A DNA stretch of 64,000 bases from Eledone cirrhosa (GCA_964016885.1 OZ024743.1:220720001-220784000); one strand, 5' to 3'; numbered from the stretch's first letter, positions 43,818-57,178 are shown. Numbers and translations are program-made. Notes: generated by a model not told the origin, from the sequence alone.

Positions 43818-43892
43818 CTGTGATGAAACAAGAAATTAATCTGTCTTCGCAGTAAATATTCCCCTTGACTGGCTTTTATTTTATCGCCATGC

Positions 43893-44070
43893 TTTGCAGC
43901 ATAGAGTTACGGTTCTTTATGATCTGAGTTCAAATCCCGCCGACGAGGTTAACTTTGCCTTTCATCCTTATGGGGTCGATAAAATAAAGTACCAGTCACG
44001 CACTGGGGTCGATTTAATCGACTTCCCCCCCCCCCCCCAATTACTGGCCTTGTGCCTATATAAGAAACCA
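43893..44070 (+). mobile_element. Family 1 SINE, long subfamily
   Basis: GAGTTCAAATCCCGCC, core, CACTGGGGTCGATTTAATCGAC poly-C segment. Confidence 0.85.
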
Positions 44071-44111
44071 TTATATTTATATTTATTGATTTATTTTTTT
44101 CACCGTTTTAC

Positions 44112-44433
44112 AGTCGTCGGCACTGTCGTCGTCGTTGTTGTGTCGTCTGCGTCATCGTCGTTTTGTCGTCGTCGTCGTCGTCGTCGTCGTCGTGTCGTCT
44201 GCGTCATCGTCGTTTTGTCGTCGTCGTCGTCGTCGTCGTCGTCGTGTCGTCGTCGTCGTCGTCGTCGTGTCTTCTCTGTGTCGTCGTCGTCGTTTTGTTG
44301 TCGTTGTGTCGTCGTTGTGTCGTTGTCGTTGTGTTGTGTCGTCGTCGTTGTGTCGTCGTTGTTGTGTTGTGTCGTCGTCGTTGTCGTTGTGTCGTCGTCG
44401 TTGCCATCGTGTCATCGTCGTGTTGTCGTCGTC
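44112..44433. repeat. (GTC)n/(GTT)n compound microsatellite
   Basis: Directly visible. Confidence 0.9.
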
Positions 44434-44584
44434 AAGTTAATCGTCATGATACTCATCATGATACTCTTATTCTCTGTTGTTTACCATGATACAAACATTA
44501 TCATCACCGTCATCATTAACTATATTATCATCAAGGTGATGTGATGATGATGATGTTGATGATCGTCAACATCATGATGATCAT

Positions 44585-44977
44585 AATGGTTTGTGATTTA
44601 GGCACGAGGTCAGTAATTTTTTTGGGGAGGGGAATTCGATGAAATTGACCTCAGTACATTACTGGTACTTTATTTTACCGAACCCGTAAGGATAAAAGGC
44701 AAATTTAACCTCGGCGGGATTTGAACTCAGAACGTAAAGAGCCGTAACTCTATGCCGCGAAGCATGTTGTCTGACGCTCTATCGATACTGCCAATCCACC
44801 ATAATAATAATTGTTTCTACTTTTGGCACAAGGCCAGAAATTATCCCAGTGTATTACTGGTACTTTATTTTATCGACCCCGTAAGGATGAAAGGCAAAGT
44901 TAACCTCGGCGGGTTTTGAACTCAGAATGGAAAGGGCCGTAACTCTATGTGTCAAAGCATGGCGTCCGACCCTCTAC
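44585..44977 (-). mobile_element. Two tandem family 1 SINEs (44585-44800 long; 44805-44977 short)
   Basis: Both contain the core; only the first has the poly-G/TCGAT segment. Confidence 0.85.
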
Positions 44978-45479
44978 AATAGACATCATCATTATAATTA
45001 TCACCATCATCATCCACATCATCACGATCATCACGATCATCAATCATCATCGCCAATAATAGTCATCATCATCATCATCCCCCCTCCCCCTTCTCCCACT
45101 CGTCATCATCATCATTATCCTCATTGCCATCATCATCATCATCAACATCATCATCACCATCATCACCATCATCACCATCACCACCACCACCATCATAATC
45201 ATCATCATCATCATCCTCATCTGTAAATGTAACTCACACCTTCTGTATGCCGGACAGTTGTGCTAACACTCAACCTAGCGAGACAGACAACATATCAAGT
45301 TTCAGTATTAATTTGGGGCCAGTAAATGTAAACAAAGAATAAAGTGTGTTTACGAAGCGGAACGAATTTTACTACATATGAATGATTAATATTCAGAATG
45401 GCGTGTCTGTGTCTGAATATGTGAGAATTACATGTGTATGTATGTATGTATGCAGTATGTATGTATGCAGTATGTATGT

Positions 45480-46078
45480 TTATCTCTTTCTCTTAATTTC
45501 GAGTATATTTTTTTGACCGGCCACCTTCCTGGTGGCAAGGTTGTAAAAGAAAAGAAATTGTCATACCTTGAATCGCAAGAATGTTTTGCAAATTTTGAAG
45601 GTGCCAGCTATCGCAGCCATTTGTAGACTATGAATTAGGGAGCTGCGCTTTTTGTCCGCAAATCCAAGTTCAGTGTATCTTGGATACTGGATTTGCAAAC
45701 TCCTCATCAATGGTCCGTCAATTTTTCTGACAACGTTTACATAAGTGGGCAGCTGATCTCCACAACAGAACACGTTTTCAACGTGTGGTCCCAAACAACA
45801 ATATCAGGCCGGTTGTGCTTTAATTTGGTGGCAGTTTTTATTTTCAGGTTCCACCAGTATTCCTTAGTGCCATCTGTCTCAATATATTCTTCCTCGTTTG
45901 TTGTTAATTTTGTTTTCCGAAGTGCGTTCCAGATGGTTCTAGCTATCCCATCGTGTCTCATGGGGAGGTAGTAGCGAGATCCCCTTCTGGTAATGTATCT
46001 TATCAGTCTTAACTTGCTCCTTCTCACCTCTAAGGATCAAATTGGTGTACCAGTTCTTGGTCAGGCGTTCAACAGCAG
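45480..46078 (-). pseudogene. Internally deleted R4/Dong-like RLE LINE fragment
   Basis: RT piece ([32 protein letters not shown]) fused to YYLPMRHDGIARTIW...HNRPDIVVWD...VVEISCP...AIAGTFKICKTFL; (TATG)n on both sides. Confidence 0.8.
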
Positions 46079-46789
46079 TATGTATGTATGTATGTATGTA
46101 TGTATGTATGTATGTATGTATGTATGTATGTATGTATGTATGTATGTATGTCTTTTCGTGGGGTAAGTTTCTAATTAATTTTTGTATTCTGAAACATCAA
46201 AATACAACAATTTTTTGGTCACTGGACTCGGGAATGTCACGACAGAAGTTTGTGGAAGTTACACAAATATTTTAGTATATTTTAGCAGAGCAATCCTTAT
46301 TTATATTTTACATTTACTTACATCTCAATATAACATGGCTAGAATTCAAATTTTGCTAAGAGAAGAAAACGGTCAAATGAACTAGATACATCTCACTGTC
46401 CCCACCACCACAATAACGTCTACACCCTCTCCCCACCATCACATGTCATTACCATACCATACCCTATCGAGACTAAAGTCATCGACCTGTTGTCAAACTC
46501 TCTACTCTCTGTTGAATGTATATATATATATGTGCGTGTATGTACATGTGTGTATATACATCACTCAGTCAAACAACCAGATTTCAACCCCAACATCTAC
46601 AACAACAACAACACCGGTACTAATGTTTACAGCAACAACAGTTTCAGAATGAACTGAAATGAACATTTACAACAATTACAACAACAACAACAACAGCGGC
46701 ATCAAAACATAAAAAAAGGAAGGGAAAAGAAAAAAGAAAAGGGGAAGGGAAAAAAAAAAGAAAGGAAAAAAAAAAACACTCAAAATAAC

Positions 46790-46858
<69 letters not shown>

Positions 46859-47159
46859 CACAACAACAACATCAACCGCCACCACCACCACCACCACCAC
46901 CGCCGCCGCCATCACCATCACCAACGACCTGGCCTTAAGAAAACAACTTTAATAATAATTTTTCTGCTTTTGGCACGGATCCAGCGACTGGTCCAGCGCA
47001 TTACTGGTACTCTCTTTTGTTGACTCCGTGGAGAGCCATAACTCTATGCTGTAAAGCAATTATAGTAATACTGGACTGTAATACGATCGGCTTCAACTAT
47101 ACAAACTCTTGAAAGTCAACAGTTGACATAATCTTGTAATCTTGTATCAGTAATGACGG

Positions 47160-47220
<61 letters not shown>

Positions 47221-47350
47221 CGTATAAGTGAGTAGAGTAGCGTGTGTGTGTGTTTGTTGTATGTATGAGTGTTGCTGTGTGCGCGCATATGTATGCGTGT
47301 GTGTGTATGTCGTACGTATGTGTCAATAAGTGATTTTTTTTTTTTTTTTT

Positions 47351-47655
47351 CGCGCGGGGACAGAAATAATCGGGCTGGATGCCCGATCGCGCAGTTAAAC
47401 CACTGGGAGTGAAGAACCCCTAGCCCTTGTCAGGGTATTCTTCTAGGAGAAGGCATCTCAGGAAACTGGGTTAACTCCGATATAAAACCTGCGGCTCAGT
47501 AGTTACCGATGATGTTGATCTTTTCTTCTTTTCGGGTTATAGCTACTGTCGCTCAGAGAGTGGATTGGCTCAGTGCACAGTCTTTCCTCACTTTAAAAAT
47601 ATTCGTCACGCACAGGCATTGCACGAGTGCATTAATAATTATTAATAGTGTACTA

Positions 47656-47686
<31 letters not shown>

Positions 47687-47691
47687 TATTA

Positions 47692-47723
<32 letters not shown>

Positions 47724-50700
47724 CCAATTCAATGATGTTCCAGAACAATGTAAACGAGATAATTGCCAATTTGGGTTCTGGAACAAAAAAGATCATTGGC
47801 AATAAGGGCAGGGGCCCCAAGTTATCACAACCTTGGCCCGCCCGTCATCGTGCCATTGTAATAGAGCCAAACAGGGCATTTAGTATTGGCTGCTGGAACG
47901 TACGGACGCTGCTTGACAAGGATTCTTTGGAGCGTCCTGAACGAAGGACCGCTCTTGTTGCAAAGGAGCTTCGACGTTACGATCTTGACATCGTGGCTTT
48001 ATCTGAGACGAGGTTAGCTGGAGATGGTCATCTTACGGAATTTTGTGGAGAATATACATTCTTCTGGAAAGGAAGAGATGAAGGAACCAGAAGAGAGGCT
48101 GGGGTAGGATTTGCTGTTAAGACTGTACTAGTGAATAAATTAGAAGAATTCCCAGTAGGGATTAGTGAGCGTCTTATGTCCATGAGAGTTCCGCTGGACA
48201 AGGGAAGATATGCTACCCTGGTGAGTGTGTATGCTACAACTATGAATTCTGTCGATGAAGAAAAACTGTCCTTTTACCATGCCTTGAAAGGTGTTCTAAG
48301 AAATATCCCTCAGGTAGACAAAGTCATCGTGCTTGGTGACTTTAATGCTAGAGTGGGTAGGGATTTTAACACATGGAATGTAATCGGAAGGCATGGGGTG
48401 GGAAAGTGTAACAGCAATGGTATGCTCTTGCTGCAGATGTGTGAGGAGCTGGATCTGTGTGTTACCAACACCATGTTCCAACAAAAGAACAAATTCAAGA
48501 CCACATGGATGCATCCTGCATCTAAGGAATGGCATCTTTTGGACTACGTCCTAGTCAGGATGCGTGACAGACAGGATGTGCAGTGTGTTCGTGTTCTTCG
48601 TGGAGCTGAGTGCTGGACGAACCACCGCCTGGTACGCACAAAAGTGAATCTAATCACCAAACGTAAAATCCGGGCTCCTGGTGTTACCCTGCCCAAAATA
48701 TTGAATGATGCTCGTCTTAAGGATAAAAATGTGAAGAGGACATTGGAAGAAGAGATGCAGGCTGCAGATCTTGGTGAGGATTGGCCGACCCTTAAAAAGT
48801 CGGTTTATGATGTAGGCAGACGTGTTCTGGGATTGGTGCAGAGAAAACATCAGGACTGGTTTAATGAGAATGATGTACATATAGAAGACTTGTTGGCTGA
48901 TAAGAGGCGTGCTCTGTCACGCTACTTGACGGCAAAACCACAGGAGAGGAATACGTTGCATGAGGAGCTCAGGGATGTAAAATCACGTGTTAGGCGGAGT
49001 CTTTCTCAGATGAAGGATCAGTGGTGGAGTGAGAAGGCTGGTGAGATACAAACTGCGTCTGATTGCAATAACACAAAGCTGTTGTACAGTCTCTTGCATG
49101 AGGTTTATGGACCGTCTTCTTCTCTGGTGACACCGATTCGCAGCAAGGATGGCAAAGAACTTCTTCGTGACTCACAGGGAATTCTACGAAGGTGGCGAGA
49201 GCACTTTGATGATCTTTTGAATCAGCCGTCTGTCGTCAGTGAAGATTTCTTCAATCTCATTCCGGAAAGTCCTGTGAAAGTAGCTCTCGCAGAACCTTCG
49301 ACGCTTGTGGAGGTTGCAGTGGCTATTTCGAAGCTGAACAGTGGAAGATCTCCAGGTATGGATGGCATACATGCTGAGCTCCTACAATATGGTGGTGAGA
49401 GACTCCTGCAACATCTTCACTCTCTGTTTGGAAGGATATGGGCTAATGAATCCGTGCCTGAGGACTGGAGAGATGCAGTAATGGTGGTCTTGTACAAGGG
49501 AAAGGGTAACAGGAATGATTGTGGGAACTACAGAGGTATATCATTGCTTTCTGTCGTAGGGAAAGTTTTATGTAGGGTGCTTCTGGACCGTCTGCTGACA
49601 CACATTGCAGATTGTGTCCTTCCTGAAAGTCAATCTGGTTTTCGTGCTGGACGCGGCACTACTGATATGATCTTCTCAGCTAGACAGCTCCAGGAGAAGT
49701 GCATTGAACAGGGCTTGGATCTGTATCAGGTTTTTGTCGATCTGACAATGGCTTTCGATACTGTCAACAGAGATGCATTATGGAAGGTTCTCCAGAAACT
49801 TGGTTGCCCTGATAAGTTCCTTGCTTTAGTTAGGTCTTTCCATGACGACATGAAGGCTTGGGTTAATGTCGGAGGTAACATGTCGGAGCCTATCTCAGTA
49901 AAAAATGGAGTGTTAGGTCTTTCCATGACGACATGAAGGCTTGGGTTAATGTCGGAGGTAACATGTCGGAGCCTATCTCAGTAAAAAATGGAGTGAAACA
50001 GGGGGATATTCCAGTACCGACCCTGTTTGCCATATACTTTGCAATGGTTTTCTGTATTGCATTCAGGAATTGCGAGCATGGTGTTTACATCCGATATCGA
50101 ACCTCAGGCAGCATATTTAACATCAGGCGCTTTGCTGCGAAGACAAAAGTATTTACATCAGTCATAAGAGACCTCTTGTATGCAAATGATTGCGATCTTG
50201 TAGCGCACACAGAGAGTGATATGCAGCACATTTTGAATGCATTTTCTGACGCTTGCACTGCCCTGGGTTTGACTGTCAGTCTCAAGAAAACCGTCGTCAT
50301 GTACCAACCTGCCCCTAGTAAGCAGTACACTGAACCAAACATCTATGTGTATGGCAAACGACTTGGAGTGGTTGATCAGTTTGTCTACCTGGGAAGCACT
50401 GTCAATCGATACGGCAACATTGACAGTGAAATCTCACTTAGGATTAGGAAAGCAAGTGATGCTTTCGGAAAGCTAGAAAGGCGACTCTGGGGTCGGCGAG
50501 ACATATGCAGGAGGACAAAGGTAAAGGTGTACAGGGCATGTGTACTCTCTTGTCTTATTTATGCCTGTGAGACCTGGGTCACATATCGACACCACCTTAA
50601 GCAATTGGAGCGTTTCCATCAGATGTGTCTCAGACGGATCCATGGCGTTCACTGGAGGGACCACATCAGTGATGTCGAGATTTTGGAAAGCTCTATGTGT

Positions 50701-51213
50701 GACAGTATAGAAGCTCTTGTGCTTAAGCAACGACTCCGTTGGAGTGGTCACCTTGCCAGGATGAAGGATTCTAGAATACCAAAACAACTCTTCTATGGAG
50801 AGTTAGTTAAAGGAAAACGACCGCCACATAAACCAAAAAAGAGGTATAAGGATTCCTTGAAAGCCTCTCTGAAAGACGCTAACATCTCTGCTGATACATG
50901 GGAAAATATTGCTGCTGATCGTAATAAATGGAGAAAGACTGTATATGAGGGAAAAGTTGCCTTTGAGGCATCTCGAATCGCACACGAGAAAGTAAAGCGG
51001 GACGTGAGGAAGGGCATTGCTGTTGCACTTCCAGGCGGAGAGGGTCCTCCTATGGTGCTGACATGCAGCGTCTGTGCAAGACTCTGCCTACACGAACTCC
51101 AACCACAGCCGAATATTCCCAGTGAATGTTTTGGTTGCCGACTCTGTGCAAGATATTTTAGATCATTGGCTGGGCTAAAAAGCCACATTCGATCGCAGCA
51201 CTGTTAGTTGCTA

Positions 51214-51259
<46 letters not shown>

Positions 51260-51465
51260 GCTTATGTGCGTGCGTGTGTGTGTATATATATATGAATATG
51301 TATATTATTATTGTTGTTGTCGTTATTATTATTATTGCTATTATTATTATTATTATTATTGTTATTAATGTATGTGTGTGTATATGTGTGAGTGTATGTG
51401 TATGTATGTGTGTATGTATATATGTATGTATATATATATATATATTTCTTTTTTTTTTTTTTTAA

Positions 51466-51500
<35 letters not shown>

Positions 51501-51594
51501 TTTTTATTTAATTTTTATTTTATTTTATTTTTTATTTATTTTTTTTCTTGTGCAATGGTCATACTCGATAACGAGGGGGCAGCCATCATCATCA
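47351..51594 (+). mobile_element. Near-full-length RTE-clade LINE
   Basis: GC-richer 5'UTR, single APE+RT ORF, 3'UTR with microsatellites, terminal GGTCATACTCGATAACGAGGGGGCAGC(CAT)n. Confidence 0.95.
47732..51207 (+). pseudogene. RTE polyprotein: AP endonuclease, reverse transcriptase, C-terminal C2H2 zinc finger(s); frameshifted
   Basis: CWNVRTL, ALSETR, LGDFNARVG, LDYVLV (APE); SPGMDG, NYRGISLLS, QSGFR, FVDL.AFD, KQGD, YAND, FVYLGS (RT); 83-bp duplication 49829-49911/49912-49994 splits the ORF. Likely start ATG 47732; the track start at 47648 lies in a microsatellite. Confidence 0.92.
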
Positions 51595-51655
51595 TGTATG
51601 TATGTATGTATGTATGTATGTATGTATGTATGTATGTATGTATGTATGTATGTAT

Positions 51656-52743
51656 ATCTATGTGTATGGTAAACGACTTGGAGTGGTTGATCAGTTTGTC
51701 TACCTTGGAAGCACTGTCAATCGATACAGCAACCTTGATAGTGAAATCTCACTTAGGATTAGGAAAGCAAGTGATGCTTTCGGAAAGCTAGAAAGGTGAC
51801 TCTGGGGTCGGCGAGACATATGCAAGAAGACAAAGGTAAAGGTGTACAAGGCATGTGTGCTCTCTTCTCTTCTTTATGCCTGCGAGACCTGGGTCACATA
51901 TCGACACCACCTTAAGCAATTGGAGCGTTTCCATCAGATGTGTCTCAGACGGATCCATGGCGTTCACTGGAGGGACCACATCAGTGATATCGAGATTTTA
52001 GAAAGCTCTATGTGTGACAGTATAGAAGCTCTTGTGCTTAATCAACGACTCCGTTGAAGTGGTCACCTTGCCAGGATGAAGGATTCTAGAATACCAAAAC
52101 AACTCTTTTATGGAGAGTTAGTTAAAGGAAAACGACCGCCACATAAACCCCAAAAAAGAGGTATAAGGATTCCTTGAAAGCCTCTCTGAAAGACGCTAAC
52201 ATCTCTGCTGAGACACGGGAAAATATTGCTGCTGATCGTAATAAATGGAGAAAGACTGTATATGAGGGAAAAGTTGCCTTTGAAGCATCTCGAATCGCAT
52301 ACAAGAAAGTAAAGCGGGATGTGAGGAAGGGCATTGCTGTTGCACTTCCAGACGGCGAGGGTCATCCTATGGTGCTGACATGCAGCGTCTGTGCGAGACT
52401 CTTTGGACTTGAAAGTCATCTTCGCAGTCATAAAGTAAGACCAGTGGTTGACTACCAGGCTGCTGTTGGAGATGCTACTCATCATGCTTGCCAAACATGT
52501 GGTAGAGAATGTAAATCAGCAGGAGAGCTCAAGCGACATGCAAAAGTACACGAACTCCAACCACAGCCGACTATTCCCAGTGAATGTTTTGGTTGCCGAC
52601 TCTGTGCAAGATATTTTAGATCATTGGCTGGGCTAAAAAGCCACATTCGATCGCAGCGCTGTTAGTTGCTATCGTGTGTGTATAGATATGTTTATGTATG
52701 TGCGTGTGCGTGTATATATATATGTATATGTATATTATTATTG

Positions 52744-52787
<44 letters not shown>

Positions 52788-52996
52788 GTTAATATATATG
52801 TATATATATATGTATATATATATATATATATACAATTATAATGAAATGACAGGAGGCTGGATTTGTGTAAATCCTTGAAAGGTTTATTATACTATGATCA
52901 TTTCAATGACCGGGTTCCGTATGAATCTATATTATTACATTGCGATTGACCATACGGAATTGACCAGCTCTATCCAGTGGTGAACCTCAAACCTGA

Positions 52997-53040
<44 letters not shown>

Positions 53041-53130
53041 ATGTATGTATGTATATATATATATATATATTTTTTTTTTTGTCGTGCAATGGCCATACTC
53101 GATAACGAGGGGCAGCCATCATCATCATCA
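51656..53130 (+). mobile_element. 5'-truncated sister copy of the RTE LINE
   Basis: Aligns to the first copy from 50341 on; has stops and a frameshift; retains ~150 bp of zinc-finger sequence missing from the first copy; same terminal motif plus (CAT)n. Confidence 0.92.
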
Positions 53131-53159
53131 TGTATGCATGTATGTAGTACGTATGTATC

Positions 53160-53935
53160 GCTTTCTCTTAATTTCGAGTACATTTTTGACCAGCCACGTT
53201 CCTGGTGGCAAGGTTGTAAAAGAAAAGAAATTGTCATCCCTTCAATCGCAAGAATGTTTTGCAAATTTTGAAGGTGCCAGCTATCGCAGCCTACAAATTA
53301 GAGAGCTGCTCTATTTCTCCACCAATCCAAGTTCAGTCATACATTGAACCAAGCGGGTTGATATATAACCTGTGGCTCCAATAAACATGGGTTTGAATTT
53401 AAAGGTGCATCTTGGATACTGGATCTGCAAACACCTCATCAATGGTCCGCAGATCTCCTCCTCATGTATTTTTCTTACAACGTTGACATCAAGTGGACAG
53501 CTGATCTCTACAACAAAGCTCGTTTCCAATGTGTGGCGCCAAACAACACTATCAGGCCGGTTGTGCTTTAATTTGGTGGCAGTTTTTATTTTCAGGTTCC
53601 ACCAGTATTCTTTGGTGCCATCTATCTCAACATATTACTCCTCATTTGTTTTTAATTTTGTTTTCCTAAGTGCGTTCCAGATGGTTCTAGCTATCACATC
53701 GTGTCTCATATGGAGGTAATAACAAGACGACATTCTTTCACAGTTGGCAATAATGCAGCTAACATCTTCGATCTTTGTTTTACATAGACTACATTTATTG
53801 TCGACTGATGGCCCTCCTGTTTTGAGTAGCAGATATTTGGTAGGGATTTCTTGTTCTTGTATTGCATAGAGATATCCTTCAAGGTTAAATGTCACAAACT
53901 TGTTGGAACTCCATGCCAGGCTTTTTGAATGATTT
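53160..53935 (-). pseudogene. 5'-truncated R4/Dong-like RLE LINE fragment
   Basis: EGYLYAIQEQEIPTKY, zinc knuckle remnant KCSLCK...IIANC, RHDVIA, HNRPD, VVEISCPLD, IGATG, GTFKICKTFL; same family as 45480-46078. Confidence 0.85.
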
Positions 53936-53937
53936 AA

Positions 53938-54175
53938 TGTATGTATGTATGTATGTATGTATGTATGTATGTATGTATGTATGTATGTATGTATGTATGT
54001 ATGTATGTATGTATGCATGCATGTATGCATGTATGCATGTATGCATGTATGCATGTATGTATGTATGTATGTATGTATGCATGTATGCATGTATGTATGT
54101 ATGTATGTATGTATGTATGTATGTATGTATGTATGTATGTATGCATGTATGCATGTATGTATGTATGTATGTATA
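53938..54175. repeat. (TATG)n/(CATG) microsatellite
   Basis: Directly visible. Confidence 0.95.
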
Positions 54176-54600
54176 TGTGAATGTGTGTATACTTTTATTA
54201 ATTTTAACTTTATGTTGCACGACAAATTGTAAAAAAGCAAATTTCCGGCAGCTCTTGTGCAACCATTCACCCTTTGAATCTTCTACACATTCTGAAGATT
54301 CCAGATATCCTGGCTATTTGTGGCTTATGAATTAAGGAGATGTACTCAATCCTATTTGGTATCTCTTTTACAGAACCTTAGTTTAGATCTAAACCTTGTG
54401 AGTGAAATTTTGGGTAATCGGAATCTGTGTGGAATCCTGTTAGTTGAACTTCACCTGAAATTCAAGCGACTACCCTTGTCACGTTGATTCTGCTTGGGGA
54501 TTATGTAAACACGTATCTATGGAATACACAACCACTTTCGGATTAATTAATAGAATCGGAGTTTAGTTAAACGAATAAATGAATGCTCACCGTCGAAACC

Positions 54601-54652
54601 AACAGATGATCTATCATATGTTTATGCATAAACATATGATAGATCATCTGTT
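54601..54652. repeat. Perfect 52-bp palindrome without spacer
   Basis: AACAGATGATCTATCATATGTTTATG|CATAAACATATGATAGATCATCTGTT. Confidence 0.9.
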
Positions 54653-54666
54653 ACATGTATGTAACC

Positions 54667-54741
<75 letters not shown>

Positions 54742-55075
54742 AGTATGTGTGCATGTGTTTATATATAAATGTATGTATGTATGTATGTATGTATGTATGC
54801 ATGTATGCATATTAGTGTACATGATTGTGATCATATATGCTAATTCTTGTGAATGTAAGTCACAGCTATAAACACATTTTTATAAACATTCACAACCATA
54901 TGTATACCTATGATATAACTTAAATGTAAACATGTATGCGTTAAATTCTATCTATCTATGGATGTGTATGCGTATGTACATGTGTATCTGTGATCTAGTG
55001 TGTGTATATATATATTTGCACACTAAACACCAAATCAAACGTCTGTATCTATCTGTGAACGAACTCACACACGCG

Positions 55076-55106
<31 letters not shown>

Positions 55107-55167
55107 ATACACAAACATGCACACACGTGCACACATATATATATATTGTATGTGTGTATCAGAGAGA

Positions 55168-55245
<78 letters not shown>

Positions 55246-55551
55246 TTGTGTGTGTGTATGTATATATATACATATGTATGTGCGTGTGTGTGCGTTTCTC
55301 TGATTGATTGAGTGTATGCAATTACTAAGTGCACTTTAAATTATGTAGGTTCTGTATCCATTTACATGTGTGTTTTTATATGTGCATGTGTGTAAATATC
55401 TTTGACTATGGGTGTGTGTCTGTGTATTAATGCGTGTGTGAGTATGGGTGTGTGTTTGAAATTTTGCACACCATGCTTTCAGTTTAATTGATTTGAGGAA
55501 TTATCATTGGGTCAATGCTCTAAGTTGTGTTTGCAGCTGGTTACCCCTATT

Positions 55552-55901
55552 GAAAATCTGTTTCAAGGAGAAGGGTGGAGGAGGTGAGGAGAGAAAATGT
55601 TTAGAAGAGAAGAGTAGATGGCGGTGGAAAATCTATTTAGATTAGAAGGGTAGATGGATGTGGAAAATCTGTTTAGAAGAGATCGGTAGATCGAATTGGA
55701 AAATGCATTAAGAAGATATAGTTAGATGGTGTTTGAAAACTGTTTAGAGGAGGCTGGTAGATGGCAGTGGTAACTTTATTTAGAGGTGGGTAGATGCTGG
55801 TAGAAAATCTGTTTACAGAAGAAGGGTAACGGCAGTGGAAAATCTGTTTAGAAGAGGCTAGTTGATGGCAGTGGCAAACATATTTAGAGGACATGGGTAG
55901 A
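55552..55901. repeat. Degenerate ~36-bp minisatellite, ~9 units
   Basis: Approximate consensus GTGGAAAATCTGTTTAGAAGAGAAGGGTAGATGGCA. Confidence 0.75.
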
Positions 55902-57131
55902 ATATATTTTGCATTGTCCGACTTGATGATCGGCTCCTTTACGCCTCTTACAATATTTATCAAAGTTAACTGTGCCTTTCATATTTTCGAGATCGGTAAA
56001 TAAAGAACCCGTCCATTACTGAAGTCGAGTCTTGCCTCGTTAGAATGGAAAATAACCTGATTCAATCAACCGTTCAATCCACCCAACATAACTACGAACA
56101 TGGTGAAACTACGTCGATGTTTTGGAGAAGGCATTACGTCATATTCTAAGGAGGTTGAAAATAAGACTCAGGAAAAGAAGTTTAATGGTAGCGGGTAAGA
56201 GAGCTTCTTATATTATTTGATATGGCTTCACGCCCAGAGTTTTACAGCTCATATGAATTAAACACAAACAAATTCTGTCCGCATTTGTTCAAACCGCACT
56301 AAGATGCGAAACGACTACATAATGATATATGGGTGTATGTATCTGTGAGAAAGACAGAGAAAGAGAGAGAGAGTGAGAGAGAGTAAATAAGTGAGCTATG
56401 CGGATAGCTGTAACTAAGAAGAGAGGAGAAGAGAAAGAAAAGAGCCTGATCATGATTTGACGAGGGTTAAAATTTGAAAACGATGTCAACTATAATCCAT
56501 CTTCATTTTTCTTTTACATTTCCCTACCTATACCCAACAACACGAATTTTACCTATCATGAAGATTATAAAATATACATTTAAATCTTCTTTAGACGTGC
56601 AGTTTCCACAACATATTCCTCTAATAAATCCGCTCCATTCGACCTGAAGTTAAAAACTCATTTATTATATATATTGTTTTTGTTGTTATCGCTGTTGCTT
56701 TCAATTTTCATTAATATTATTATTTTTATAAATAATGTCCTTCTTAGAGGTTTCTATACTTCATTAATTATTAATTCTTCTAATCTATTTATGTCTCTTT
56801 CTTAAGGAGTTCTTGACAAGAGAAGCAATACCTTAGCAAAGATAGAGAGAATCATACAGAAATAGAAGTAGAGAGATTAAGAAAGAGAGAGAAACACTAG
56901 AGAGAGAAGGTTGAGTAGCTGATTACACGGTGATGGGGGATATACAGCAAACAGAAAATAAGAATAAACTCATTATCCTTAATGAGGCCGTATAAAATTT
57001 ACATAATTTCATTAATAAATTAATTCTATAATGTTTAAACGTGTGTCTGTGTTCTGTGTTCATGTGCTTGTACGTAGCTCTTTCTACGTGCGTATGCTGA
57101 TCAGTAAATGATTGAATGTGTGTGTTTATAT

Positions 57132-57178
<47 letters not shown>

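Noticed and set aside
47648-47731. Poly-Y/F N-terminus of the 762-aa ORF
   Set aside because: (TTA)n/poly-T tract in the 5'UTR; first ATG is at 47732
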